From Eubacteriales bacterium (GTDB taxonomy: Bacteria > Bacillota > Clostridia > Oscillospirales > CAG-272), in the NCBI GenBank assembly GCA_045614625.1, contig JAZLDE010000147.1, positions 1-58,296 of the forward strand: a stretch of DNA of 58,296 bases, given 5' to 3'. The translations under genes were made by a program, and so were the position numbers. The notes below the pieces were generated by a model that worked only from the letters and a program-made list of their open reading frames with translations, ran no database searches and was not told the DNA's origin. Below are positions 1-8,911 of the stretch, in pieces; within the stretch, counting starts at the first letter, position 1, and each line of letters starts with the position of its first letter.

Positions 1-1875
1 GTTATCGCCATCAATATGATGGACGTCGTTCGCAAGCGCGGAGACAAGATCGACATTGATCTACTTTCCAAGGCTTTGCGCTGCGATATCATCGAGATCT
101 CGGCACTGAAGGGCGACGGTATTTTTGAAGCTGCTGAAGTAGCGATCGAGACCGCCAAACATCGCCATCCCGTACCCCGTCACAATTTTTCGGGAACGGT
201 TGAACATGCACTGGCCCACATTGAAGAGGCTACGGTGCATGAGCGTCCCGAAGAGCAGCAACGCTGGTACGCGGTCAAGATCTTCGAGCGCGATGCCAAG
301 GTGCTATCCGAGCTCGCGCTGTCTGAGGAAAAGCGCTCCCACCTGGAAAAGGACATCGTCGAGGTCGAGCGAGAGCTGGATGACGATGCCGAGTCCATCA
401 TTACCAATGAGCGATACAATTACATCGCTGCCATTCTCAAGGATTGCTACAAGAAAAAGAACACGAGTGGCCTGACGCTTTCAGATAAGATTGACCGCGT
501 CGTTACCAATCGCATTTTGGCGCTTCCCATCTTCGCCGTCGTGATGTTCTTGGTGTATTACATATCCATTGGAACTATTGGTGATTTTACCGTCACCTTT
601 ATGAACGACGGTCTGTTCGGCTCGTTTGCCGAGACCTATCCCGATACCTTTATGGCAAGCTGGTACAGCATTCCCGAGCTGTTGGATATGGTATTGCTGA
701 ACGTCGAGGGTGAGCCTATTATTGCCGCCTGGCTGTATTCGCTCATTCAGGACGGTGTCATCGGCGGCGTCGGTGCCGTGCTTGGCTTCGTTCCCCAAAT
801 GCTCATTCTGTTTTTACTGCTCTCCTTGCTGGAGGACTGCGGTTATATGGCTCGCGTGGCCTTTATCATGGATAAGCTGTTCCGTAAGTTCGGCCTTTCG
901 GGTAAATCGTTCATTCCCATGCTGGTTGCTACGGGCTGTGGCGTTCCCGGTATCATGGCGTCGAGAACCATCGAGCAGGAGCGCGACCGCCGTATGACGG
1001 TCATGACTACCGGCTTTATCCCCTGCGGCGCGAAAATGCCCATCGTCGGCTTTATTGCCGCGGCTTTGTTTGGTAACAGCCCCCTGATCGCAACGGCAAC
1101 CTACTTTATCGGTGTTGGCGCTGTGGTCATCTCGGGTCTGATTTTGAAAAAGACCAAGCCCTTTGCGGGTGAACCTGCTCCCTTTGTTATGGAATTGCCC
1201 GCATATCACGCCCCCGTGCCCTCCAATACGTTGCGCGCAACGTGGGAGCGCGGCTGGGACTTCATCAAGCGCGCGGGAACGGTCATCTTTGCCGCCAGCG
1301 TTATCATCTGGACGCTCAACAGCCTCTCCTTTGAGGGCGGCTTCCACTACATCACCGAAACCAACGGCGGTCGTTCTATTCTGGAGCTGTTGGGCTCGGG
1401 CATTGCCTGGCTGTTCAAACCGCTGGGCTTTGGCACCTGGCAGGCGGCTATTGCGACTATCCTCGGTCTTGTGGCCAAGGAGGAGGTCGTCGGCGTCTTC
1501 GGTACGCTCGCCAACATGGATGACCTGCTCGGCAGCGTAGAAGCAGGCGACGCGGCTGCCGCAATTACGGCGGGTAAGATGTTCTTCAGCAGTGCTCTGG
1601 CAGGATTTTCTTTCTTGGTGTTCAATCTTCTCTGCGCCCCCTGCTTTGCGGCCATGGGCGCTATCAAGCGCGAGATGAACAGCGCAAAGTGGACAGCGTT
1701 TGCCATTGGCTACATGTGCGTGTTTGCTTACGCCATTTCGCTGATCATCTATCAGTTCGGCACATGGTTCATCGGCGGCGGTAACGTATTCGGCACGATC
1801 TTTGCGGTCTTGGCGCTGGCGGTAATCGTCTATATGCTCGTTCGCAAGAATAAATACGTAAAAGTAAAATCGTAA
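1..1875 (+). CDS. feoB: Ferrous iron transporter FeoB, 5'-truncated by the window edge
   Basis: The frame is open from nt 1 (VIAINMMDVV...). The end of the G domain and helical domain is followed by the polytopic FeoB membrane domain (GCGVPGIMASRT, FIPCGAKMP, LLCAPCFAAMGAI). Confidence 0.9.
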   Translation, partial: VIAINMMDVVRKRGDKIDIDLLSKALRCDIIEISALKGDGIFEAAEVAIETAKHRHPVPRHNFSGTVEHALAHIEEATVHERPEEQQRWYAVKIFERDAKVLSELALSEEKRSHLEKDIVEVERELDDDAESIITNERYNYIAAILKDCYKKKNTSGLTLSDKIDRVVTNRILALPIFAVVMFLVYYISIGTIGDFTVTFMNDGLFGSFAETYPDTFMASWYSIPELLDMVLLNVEGEPIIAAWLYSLIQDGVIGGVGAVLGFVPQMLILFLLLSLLEDCGYMARVAFIMDKLFRKFGLSGKSFIPMLVATGCGVPGIMASRTIEQERDRRMTVMTTGFIPCGAKMPIVGFIAAALFGNSPLIATATYFIGVGAVVISGLILKKTKPFAGEPAPFVMELPAYHAPVPSNTLRATWERGWDFIKRAGTVIFAASVIIWTLNSLSFEGGFHYITETNGGRSILELLGSGIAWLFKPLGFGTWQAAIATILGLVAKEEVVGVFGTLANMDDLLGSVEAGDAAAAITAGKMFFSSALAGFSFLVFNLLCAPCFAAMGAIKREMNSAKWTAFAIGYMCVFAYAISLIIYQFGTWFIGGGNVFGTIFAVLALAVIVYMLVRKNKYVKVKS

Positions 1876-1887
1876 GAGGTAACTATC

Positions 1888-2046
1888 ATGGATTGGCCTA
1901 CGACCCTCGTCGCCGCCGTCGTTGCGGGCATTTTCGTCGCGATCGTTGTCTGCGGCATCATCAATAAGAAAAAAGGCAAGGGCGGCTGCTCTTGCGGCTG
2001 TGGCGGATGTGCCATGAAGGACAGCTGTCACGGCAATAAAAAATAA
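1888..2046 (+). CDS. FeoB-associated Cys-rich small membrane protein (52 aa)
   Basis: Hand translation gives MDWPTTLVAAVVAGIFVAIVVCGIINKKKGKGGCSCGCGGCAMKDSCHGNKK. It has one TM helix plus a Cys-rich tail, lies 12 nt after feoB, and has a GAGG RBS. It is below the track's size cut-off. Confidence 0.7.
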   Translation: MDWPTTLVAAVVAGIFVAIVVCGIINKKKGKGGCSCGCGGCAMKDSCHGNKK

Positions 2047-2050
2047 AGAT

Positions 2051-2076
2051 AAGGGAGTACCTGCGGGTACTCCCTT
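2051..2076. terminator. Bidirectional hairpin between convergent genes
   Basis: AAGGGAGTACC-tgc-GGGTACTCCCTT followed by TTGTCTT. Confidence 0.5.
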
Positions 2077-2080
2077 TGTC

Positions 2081-2914
2081 TTATTCGGTCTGATCTTGCT
2101 CGTGCGACTCATCCTTGCCGAGCGCCGCGAGGGCCTGCTGGCTGAAATATTCTCTGGGGTCAACGGCCAATCCCTTGACCGTCATTTCCATGTGCAGATG
2201 AGGCTCCTCTGCCAGCTCTAGCGTGGCGGTGTCACCCACGGTGCCGATCTGCTGACCGACGACGACACTCGCGCCGACGATGATATCGTCAGGCAGGACG
2301 CTGTCCAGATTTTTGTAGATGGTGTAGCAGTCACCGCTGTGCGAGATGGCCAGACACTTGCCCATCAGCGCGTCGTCCCAAATGCGGGATACCACACCGT
2401 CAGCGGCGGCTAGCACGGGAGCGTCCTCGTTTGTAACCATATCCACGCCTAAATGGATGCGGTAGTCTCCCGTGGTCGGTGAGAAGACCTGAACGGACGT
2501 GTCGTGCCCCTTGGAAATACTGCCGCTGACGGGCAAGGACAGCTCGGGGATCGCCGAGGTCTGGGTGCTGTTGCCTTCGTCCTTACCGCTGTCCTCATCT
2601 GCGGGCGGTTGTTCAGAGCTGGGCGGCTGTTGATTGCCGTTGCCTTGATTGTTGCCGTCGCCCTCGTTCGTACCACCCTGCGTACCGTCAGCGGGCGGCA
2701 GGTCGGTGCCGCCGTTGTTCTTCTTGACGCGGTTGGCGATCGCGGTAGCCGTGATGAGTACGGCAAGCGCGAGCAGAAGCGTAACGACGGTGATATAAAC
2801 GGTTCGAGAGGACTTGGCGTTTCTCATTTTGGTTGCGAATTTACTGTTTTTGAATTTTTCCCACATGATTTTTTGCTCCTTTTCATTTGAGGTCTGTATC
2901 ACTATTTTTGCCAC
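2081..2914 (-). CDS. M23 family metallopeptidase (N-terminal TM anchor, Gly/Asn/Gln-rich linker, LytM domain)
   Basis: HLGVD (HxxxD) and PHLHME (HxH) motifs are intact. A hydrophobic N-terminal helix (VYITVVTLLLALAVLI) is present. Confidence 0.85.
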   Translation of the reverse strand: MAKIVIQTSNEKEQKIMWEKFKNSKFATKMRNAKSSRTVYITVVTLLLALAVLITATAIANRVKKNNGGTDLPPADGTQGGTNEGDGNNQGNGNQQPPSSEQPPADEDSGKDEGNSTQTSAIPELSLPVSGSISKGHDTSVQVFSPTTGDYRIHLGVDMVTNEDAPVLAAADGVVSRIWDDALMGKCLAISHSGDCYTIYKNLDSVLPDDIIVGASVVVGQQIGTVGDTATLELAEEPHLHMEMTVKGLAVDPREYFSQQALAALGKDESHEQDQTE

Positions 2915-2954
2915 TTGGGAAGCGTTTATACAGTTGTGGGAAAAATTTTTTTGA

Positions 2955-2984
2955 AAAAGAGCAGCTTTAAGGGCTGCTCTTTTC
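2955..2984. terminator. Hairpin terminator downstream of the U32 gene
   Basis: AAAAGAGCAGC-tttaagg-GCTGCTCTTTT. Confidence 0.5.
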
Positions 2985-2986
2985 GT

Positions 2987-5068
2987 TTATTTATTGATCC
3001 TTCGAATCTGGCGCGTGGTGGATTTGCCGCTTTGATAAGCGTCAACGACGTCGTCGACCTCACGGGGCGTTTCGGTAGAAAAGATGAAATGCCAAGAGCC
3101 TGTGCGGTAGCGCGTGAGTTGATCCTTGGCGTCGGCCATGTAGGTCGGGACGCTGTTGTAGATGACGTTGCGGTGGTCGGGCGAGCGAAGCACGGGAAAT
3201 ACGGTGCCGCGACGGTCGACCAGCTCGGCGCGTCCTGCGTCGCAGGTCTTGCAGTCGGCAATCTCGCGGATAACGCACTTTTCAAGCAGCATCATGGGAA
3301 TGCGACCGTAAACGATGGTGCGCACGTCGCCACGAATGTCGCGGATCTGGGGAAGCGTTAGCTCGGGCGAGAGAACAGGGGTGCGAACGCCAAGCGACTG
3401 CACCACGCGAACGCTTTCACTGTTGGTTACGTTCAAGCGGAAATCTCCCTCGGGCATCAAGCCTGCTTGCTTGACCAATGAGAGATGTCCAACGTTTCCA
3501 ACCAGCGCGCGGCGAACGCCACGTTCTGCTACCTTGGCGAGTTGCGAAGCGACGCCATCACGCTCGTGATCCATGATGACAGGCGGGAGCACAACGCCAA
3601 GCTCAGTGCGCGAGGCAAACTCCTGCCATGCTTGCGGTGTGAGCGCGAGCAGCTGCTCGGCGGGGAGATAACAAATATCAAAATAGTTCTGTGCGGCGGT
3701 GGTCAGCTGTGCGGCGTTGACCATGCAAGCGGAGCGAGCGATTTGTGTTGTACGATCGTCCGGCGGATATTGAGGCTCGTAGGTGACTCCGTCAGAGACG
3801 GCGGATGCCGTGGTGTCGGCCTGCGCTTGCAGACCTTCGATGGCAGCGCGGCGCAATGCGTTGAGCGCAGAGATGGGGAGCATCAGCCCCTCGTCCAGCT
3901 CAATGCGGCAATTTCTCACCTCGAAAGGCGTATTGCCCAGTTTGATCAGCTGGCGGTGTACTGTCTGCTCGTCGAGCGGCGCGTTGATAGCCTCGGCAGG
4001 AACGGCACCGATTGCGGTGTAAGATGTGGTATCGGTGCTGACGGTCAGCTCACTTGCGCTATCGCGGTGAATGGTCAGCGTCATATCGAGCGGAATGCGA
4101 CGTGTGATACCGCGGAAGGGCTCGAGCGAACGGCCCGCCTGCTTGTCCGCTTCGGAGCGAACACCCAGCATGCTGTGGCTGATGCGCGAGGTGAAATAGC
4201 CGTCGGTAAAGCCGTCTCGTGAGAACGCTTCGGCAAGTAGACGCATCTCATCGTCGTTGGCTGCCCGTCCTTCGTCAAGCAAGCGCCGCCAGATGTGGGC
4301 AACTCGCAGCACGTATTCGGGCGAGCGCATGCGCCCCTCGATCTTGAGCGAGGCAAGGCCAGCGTCGATCAGTGCGGGAACGTGACGGGCAAGTGAGAGA
4401 TCCTTAAGCGAGAGCGGATAATCGCTGCGCCCCTTGGGCGTGCGATAGGGCAGGCGGCAGGGTTGGGCGCACTCGCCGCGATTTCCGCTGCGTCCACCAA
4501 CCAAAGAGGAAAACAAGCATCCGCCGGAATGGCACACGCAAAGTGCCCCGTGAATAAAGGCCTCGATCTCAATGGGCGAGTGTTGAACGGCCGAGCGCAG
4601 ATTGGCGAGCGATAATTCACGCGCCACGACCATACGGCTAAAGCCCAGCTTGGCCAGTTCCTCACCAGAGGCGGCGCTGTGCGCGCAGGCTTGAGTGGAG
4701 GCGTGCAGAGCAAGATCGGGCAGATGGCGACGAATGGCGGCCGCACCGCCAAGGTCCGCGACGATCAGCGCATCAGCACCTGCATTTTGGGCAAAGGCGG
4801 CGGCGAGCAGATAGTCGGTCAGCTCGCGATCGTAAACCTGCGTGTTCAGCGTCAGGTAAACCTTGACACCGTAGGCGTGCGCGCGGCGGATGCCGTCGAT
4901 CAGTGCTTCACGGTCAAAGTTGGAAGCATTCATACGGGCGTTAAAGCCGAGTCCGCCCAGATAAACAGCGTCGGCCCCTCCCTCAATGGCCGCGTCAAGG
5001 GCGAGGGGGGAGCCGGCGGGGCAGAGCAACTCGGGCAAGCGTCCGGTTTGCATCTTATTTTCAAGCAT
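2987..5068 (-). CDS. Peptidase U32 family protein (collagenase-like / RNA hydroxylation family)
   Basis: The N-terminus reads ELLCPAGSPLALDAAIEGGADAVYLGG, with the typical E..FIHGALC and CAQPCR segments of U32 proteins. Confidence 0.85.
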   Translation of the reverse strand: MLENKMQTGRLPELLCPAGSPLALDAAIEGGADAVYLGGLGFNARMNASNFDREALIDGIRRAHAYGVKVYLTLNTQVYDRELTDYLLAAAFAQNAGADALIVADLGGAAAIRRHLPDLALHASTQACAHSAASGEELAKLGFSRMVVARELSLANLRSAVQHSPIEIEAFIHGALCVCHSGGCLFSSLVGGRSGNRGECAQPCRLPYRTPKGRSDYPLSLKDLSLARHVPALIDAGLASLKIEGRMRSPEYVLRVAHIWRRLLDEGRAANDDEMRLLAEAFSRDGFTDGYFTSRISHSMLGVRSEADKQAGRSLEPFRGITRRIPLDMTLTIHRDSASELTVSTDTTSYTAIGAVPAEAINAPLDEQTVHRQLIKLGNTPFEVRNCRIELDEGLMLPISALNALRRAAIEGLQAQADTTASAVSDGVTYEPQYPPDDRTTQIARSACMVNAAQLTTAAQNYFDICYLPAEQLLALTPQAWQEFASRTELGVVLPPVIMDHERDGVASQLAKVAERGVRRALVGNVGHLSLVKQAGLMPEGDFRLNVTNSESVRVVQSLGVRTPVLSPELTLPQIRDIRGDVRTIVYGRIPMMLLEKCVIREIADCKTCDAGRAELVDRRGTVFPVLRSPDHRNVIYNSVPTYMADAKDQLTRYRTGSWHFIFSTETPREVDDVVDAYQSGKSTTRQIRRINK

Positions 5069-5073
5069 ACGTA

Positions 5074-5724
5074 TCAGACGTCCTTGAAGGTCAGCATGTC
5101 GAACATATCTCCGACTTTGTTCTTGCCGCCGTTGGGGTTGGCCTTGGTGCGGCGACGGACCTTTCTCGTGGGAATGTCGTCAATGTCAGGGTCGGACTTG
5201 GGGGCAACTTCGGCGCTCGCTTGTGCGGGTTGTTCATCCTCGAACATGACCTTGGCGGCGGGAATAGGCTGCTCCTGCGTGTTCTCCTCGGGGGCAGCTT
5301 CTTGCTCCGTTGCGATGGCCAGCTGCTCACCCTCAATCGGCTGGGCGATGGCAGGGAAGGCAGTGCTGACGCTCTTGGTGATGATGTCGTGCATAATGCG
5401 GTTCTCACGACGAAGCTCGTCTACGGTCGTGACCAACGTGTCATGCTCCGCACGAATGGTCTCCAGCTCCTTGGAGATCTTGATGAAATCGTGTTCCATC
5501 TCGCGCGTCTTTTCGTCGCTCTTGATGCTCTTTGCGCAATAATCAACGGCGCACAAAATGGCAGCTTCGCTCTTGGACAGACGGGGCAGACGGATCAAAA
5601 GATCGCGGATGCTGCGGTCGAGAAGGGTGACGAGGTGGTCAACCATCTCGGGGGATTCGTCGGTGGTGATATTCAGATCGATGTCTGCAATGGTAATGGT
5701 ATGTTTTGCCATGGGAAGAACCAT
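5074..5724 (-). CDS. zapA: Cell division protein ZapA-like, with a long acidic C-terminal extension
   Basis: MAKHTITIADIDLNITTDESPEMVDHLVTLLDRSIRDL matches the ZapA N-terminal pattern. An alternative start is the ATG at 5712. Confidence 0.65.
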   Translation of the reverse strand: MVLPMAKHTITIADIDLNITTDESPEMVDHLVTLLDRSIRDLLIRLPRLSKSEAAILCAVDYCAKSIKSDEKTREMEHDFIKISKELETIRAEHDTLVTTVDELRRENRIMHDIITKSVSTAFPAIAQPIEGEQLAIATEQEAAPEENTQEQPIPAAKVMFEDEQPAQASAEVAPKSDPDIDDIPTRKVRRRTKANPNGGKNKVGDMFDMLTFKDV

Positions 5725-5838
5725 TCCTTTCTATTATATAGTAATCGAATGATCGGGGGATATTCTGCTTTCATTATATCGCAAAAAGTGCGACGTGAAA
5801 AGGGTTTTTTGAAAAAAAGTTGAAAAAAACCTGTGTTT

Positions 5839-6966
5839 TTATGCTTTTTTTGGCTTGCGACGGGCGTTTTTCAGGAAGGACTCGATAAATTCCGTCGAAC
5901 CGATCACAAACGTCGTTCCGTCCTCACTCAAAGAAAACTCTTGCTGAGTGCGGCAGACCTCATCAAAAAACGAGGAAAGGGGCGGCGGTGTATCGGAAAG
6001 CGCATCGTCCAGCCATAGGCGGCGGGGCGAGGGAAAATGCGCAGAGAGCTCGTCAAGATCGGAAAGCGTCATGCGTAGCTCCTCGTCATTTGCCACACCG
6101 TCGGACAGCATCAGCGGATGAATGCAACGCAAGTGCAGACCGTGAGATAGGTCGGTTCGATTCAAGGCGTTTTGCACCGCTTCGGCCGGAATTGAAACGC
6201 GCAATCGGTCGAGTGCTTGCACACACTCCATTGCCAAAAAGGCGGCGTCGGCGCAAAGGTGCGAGCCTGAAGATATGCGACAGTCGGGAAATTTGCCGTA
6301 ACTCAATATCTGCGTGCCGAGTGTGATGGCCGAGCGGCGACTCTTCTTGATGATCTCAAGGCGAATATTGCTAGCTGCGCAAATGTCCGATATGCGGTGA
6401 TAAAAAGCAGGGCCATAGGTCGGGCTGATGACCAAACGCACGTTGGTGCGAACAGACTCCGGGATGGTATCGCTTTTGTCCGACAGAACGACCAGCGCGT
6501 TCAATCGAGGATAAATGGCACAAAATGCAGGGAGAAGAGGGGCGTCTTGGGTGGATTCAAACAAAATGACGCGACATTCTTCCTTCGCGGCAAGGCGACA
6601 AAGCAGAGCGGCAGATCGCTCGGCATCGCTTAAGGTTACGTCGGGGGTGGCGATCTCCATATCGTGCAGCTCGCCGGCAAGGCGTGCCATGAGCGGCGGT
6701 GTAACGGGCTTGTTGCCTTGCCAAAAGCGGAGCTTTGGCTCGACCCTGACGTCGTCGATCCAATGCAAGTAGCCAACGCCTGCTTGTGTTAGAACGTTAC
6801 GTAAAAAGAGAGCAGCCGTATGGCCAAGCTTATTGGCGGTGAAACGGATAAACAAGGGCGGTGTTGCCTTGGTTTGGCTGACGTAAGCGCGGAGCAGAGG
6901 ACGGGTATTGCCTCGAATCGCCGCATCGGAGGCGGTGAGATATCGCAGTGCGTGTTGGTAGGTCAT
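5839..6966 (-). CDS. FolC/Mur-ligase-like protein with a degenerate P-loop (function unknown)
   Basis: The start MTYQHALRYL resembles FolC N-termini. TANKLGHTAA sits where GTNGKGST is expected. The ATG overlaps the stop of the upstream GH13 gene (ATATGA), and a GGAGG RBS is present. Confidence 0.45.
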   Translation of the reverse strand: MTYQHALRYLTASDAAIRGNTRPLLRAYVSQTKATPPLFIRFTANKLGHTAALFLRNVLTQAGVGYLHWIDDVRVEPKLRFWQGNKPVTPPLMARLAGELHDMEIATPDVTLSDAERSAALLCRLAAKEECRVILFESTQDAPLLPAFCAIYPRLNALVVLSDKSDTIPESVRTNVRLVISPTYGPAFYHRISDICAASNIRLEIIKKSRRSAITLGTQILSYGKFPDCRISSGSHLCADAAFLAMECVQALDRLRVSIPAEAVQNALNRTDLSHGLHLRCIHPLMLSDGVANDEELRMTLSDLDELSAHFPSPRRLWLDDALSDTPPPLSSFFDEVCRTQQEFSLSEDGTTFVIGSTEFIESFLKNARRKPKKA

Positions 6967-8888
6967 ATGCTTACCTCCTTGAAGATGCAGGCTTGCTCGG
7001 GCAGGATCTGTATCGTCTTTTCGCAATGTGTAGGTGGTGCATCGGAGCGCAAGGTTTGCCAGCATCCTGCGATGGGAAGCGTCAGCGCTTGCTCGCCCAA
7101 GTTGGCGGCGATCAGCATGCGATTACCGTTTTGTGCTCGCTCATAGGCGATGGCGTGCGCGTCGTGATAAACCACGCGGAACTCTCCGCCTGCAAAGCAG
7201 TCGTTTTCCCGACGAAGAGCGCCAAGAAAACGAACGGTATCAACCAATGCCTGTTCCTCGCGGCCCCAAGGGAAGGGAAAGCGGCAGAAGGGATCGTGAT
7301 AGCCCTCCATGCCAGCCTCGTCACCGTAGAAAATGGAGGGGACGCCGAAGATAGTGAATTGCAACGTCAGCGCAATTTGCAAGCGGCGAATGGCGCGGCT
7401 ACGCTGATCGGGCGAGAGTCTTGCTGTCGCCAGTTCAGCGTTGGAGCGGTCGCTCCCAAGCGTAGGATCGCCAAGTACAGTCAGGATGCGCTCGGTGTCG
7501 TGTGTGCCAAGCAGGTTCATCAGACAATGGCAGACGGAACGAGGGTACGAGCTATACAGCTCGGTCAGCACGTTGTAAAGGGATTCGGCATCTCCGTCGC
7601 GAACAAAGGACAAGATGCCGTTTCGGATGGGATAGTTCATGACGCTGTCGAGCTGCTTGCCCGAAAAATAGCGGCGGCGACGGCCATAGGCCATTTTATC
7701 TGCCGCGTTTTCCCACACCTCACCGATGATGATGGGTTGCTCTTTCGAGGCCTTGTGCAGACTTGTGCGCAGATCGTCCAGAAATTCGTCCGATAGCTCG
7801 TCTGCTACATCTAACCGCCAACCGGCGATGCCTTGACGCACGCGCGAGGCGGCGATGCCGTCCTTGCCTGCCAGATAAGAGCGGACCTCGGGCAGGCTGC
7901 TGTTGATGCGGGGCAGAATTGGAATGCCCCACCAGGATTCATAATCGTTGGGAAACTGCTTGAAGCTGTACCAAGCGGCATAGGGTGAGTCGGGGGACTG
8001 ATAAGCGCCGAGAACGTCGTAGCGCCCGTAGCGGTTAAAATAGCGGCTGTCGTCGCCCGTGTGGTTGAAGACACCGTCGAGAATGATACGGATGCCAAAG
8101 TCTTTTGCTTGTTTGAGCAGATAGGCAAGCGCCGCCTCACCGCCAAAGGCCGCGTCGACGCGCTCGTAATCGCCCGTGTCATATTTATGATTGGATGCCG
8201 CCTCGAAAATGGGGGATAAATAAAGGACAGTCACGCCAAGAGATTTCAAATAGTTAAGCTTTTCGGCAACGCCCCAGAGGTTGCCACCGAAAAAGCGGTC
8301 GTTGGCAAGCGGTGCACCGGGGTAAGGGGCGAACTGGGGGATACCATTCTCCCAGTCCTCCTCCAGCGTCGCGCCTGCGCGCAAGGGAGCTTCGCCCTTG
8401 CCGCGGCAAAAGCGGTCAACGAAGATATGGTACATGGTACCGCCCGCAAACCAGTCGGGCGTTTTGAAGTCGGGGGAGTAAACGAGCAAGCGGAAGGATC
8501 GGCCTTCGTGCTCGGAAAGGGTAAAATCGACGTTGTTGATGCTGTCAGTAAACAGCGTGTCCTGTCCGCGAAGGAACAGAAAATGATAGTAAAAGAGTCC
8601 AAAGTCCTGCTCGCCGCAAAGAGTTGCCGTGTCAAGGGTCAGCTCATAGCGATCCTCACCGTATTTGGTTGAAACAAAGGAAAGCGGCGTGTCGAAATAA
8701 GCCTTGCCATCGCGACAAAGGCGCAGAACAACGGCCGCCGCGCCGAGGCGCCGTGGCAGGTGCAAGGTGAAGCTGATGACAGTGCCAAAAGAGAACGCAC
8801 CCATGTCGGATGCGTCCTCTCCCGAAACCGTTTTTTGGATGCGAGGCAGCGCCACGCGGTCATAGTCACGGTAAAACGACGGTAACAT
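6963..8888 (-). CDS. Glycoside hydrolase family 13 alpha-amylase-type enzyme (neopullulanase/cyclomaltodextrinase-like)
   Basis: GH13 conserved regions are present: VFNHTGDD, GWRLDVADEL, IIGEVWE, LLGTHDTER. Confidence 0.85.
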   Translation of the reverse strand: MLPSFYRDYDRVALPRIQKTVSGEDASDMGAFSFGTVISFTLHLPRRLGAAAVVLRLCRDGKAYFDTPLSFVSTKYGEDRYELTLDTATLCGEQDFGLFYYHFLFLRGQDTLFTDSINNVDFTLSEHEGRSFRLLVYSPDFKTPDWFAGGTMYHIFVDRFCRGKGEAPLRAGATLEEDWENGIPQFAPYPGAPLANDRFFGGNLWGVAEKLNYLKSLGVTVLYLSPIFEAASNHKYDTGDYERVDAAFGGEAALAYLLKQAKDFGIRIILDGVFNHTGDDSRYFNRYGRYDVLGAYQSPDSPYAAWYSFKQFPNDYESWWGIPILPRINSSLPEVRSYLAGKDGIAASRVRQGIAGWRLDVADELSDEFLDDLRTSLHKASKEQPIIIGEVWENAADKMAYGRRRRYFSGKQLDSVMNYPIRNGILSFVRDGDAESLYNVLTELYSSYPRSVCHCLMNLLGTHDTERILTVLGDPTLGSDRSNAELATARLSPDQRSRAIRRLQIALTLQFTIFGVPSIFYGDEAGMEGYHDPFCRFPFPWGREEQALVDTVRFLGALRRENDCFAGGEFRVVYHDAHAIAYERAQNGNRMLIAANLGEQALTLPIAGCWQTLRSDAPPTHCEKTIQILPEQACIFKEVSI

Positions 8889-8911
8889 TGGAACTCCTTT
8901 TGGAGATGATA

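Noticed and set aside
814-2163. 449-aa ORF on the minus strand
   Set aside because: It is antisense to feoB and the Cys-rich partner gene, and its translation is an Arg/Ala/Gly-rich shadow.
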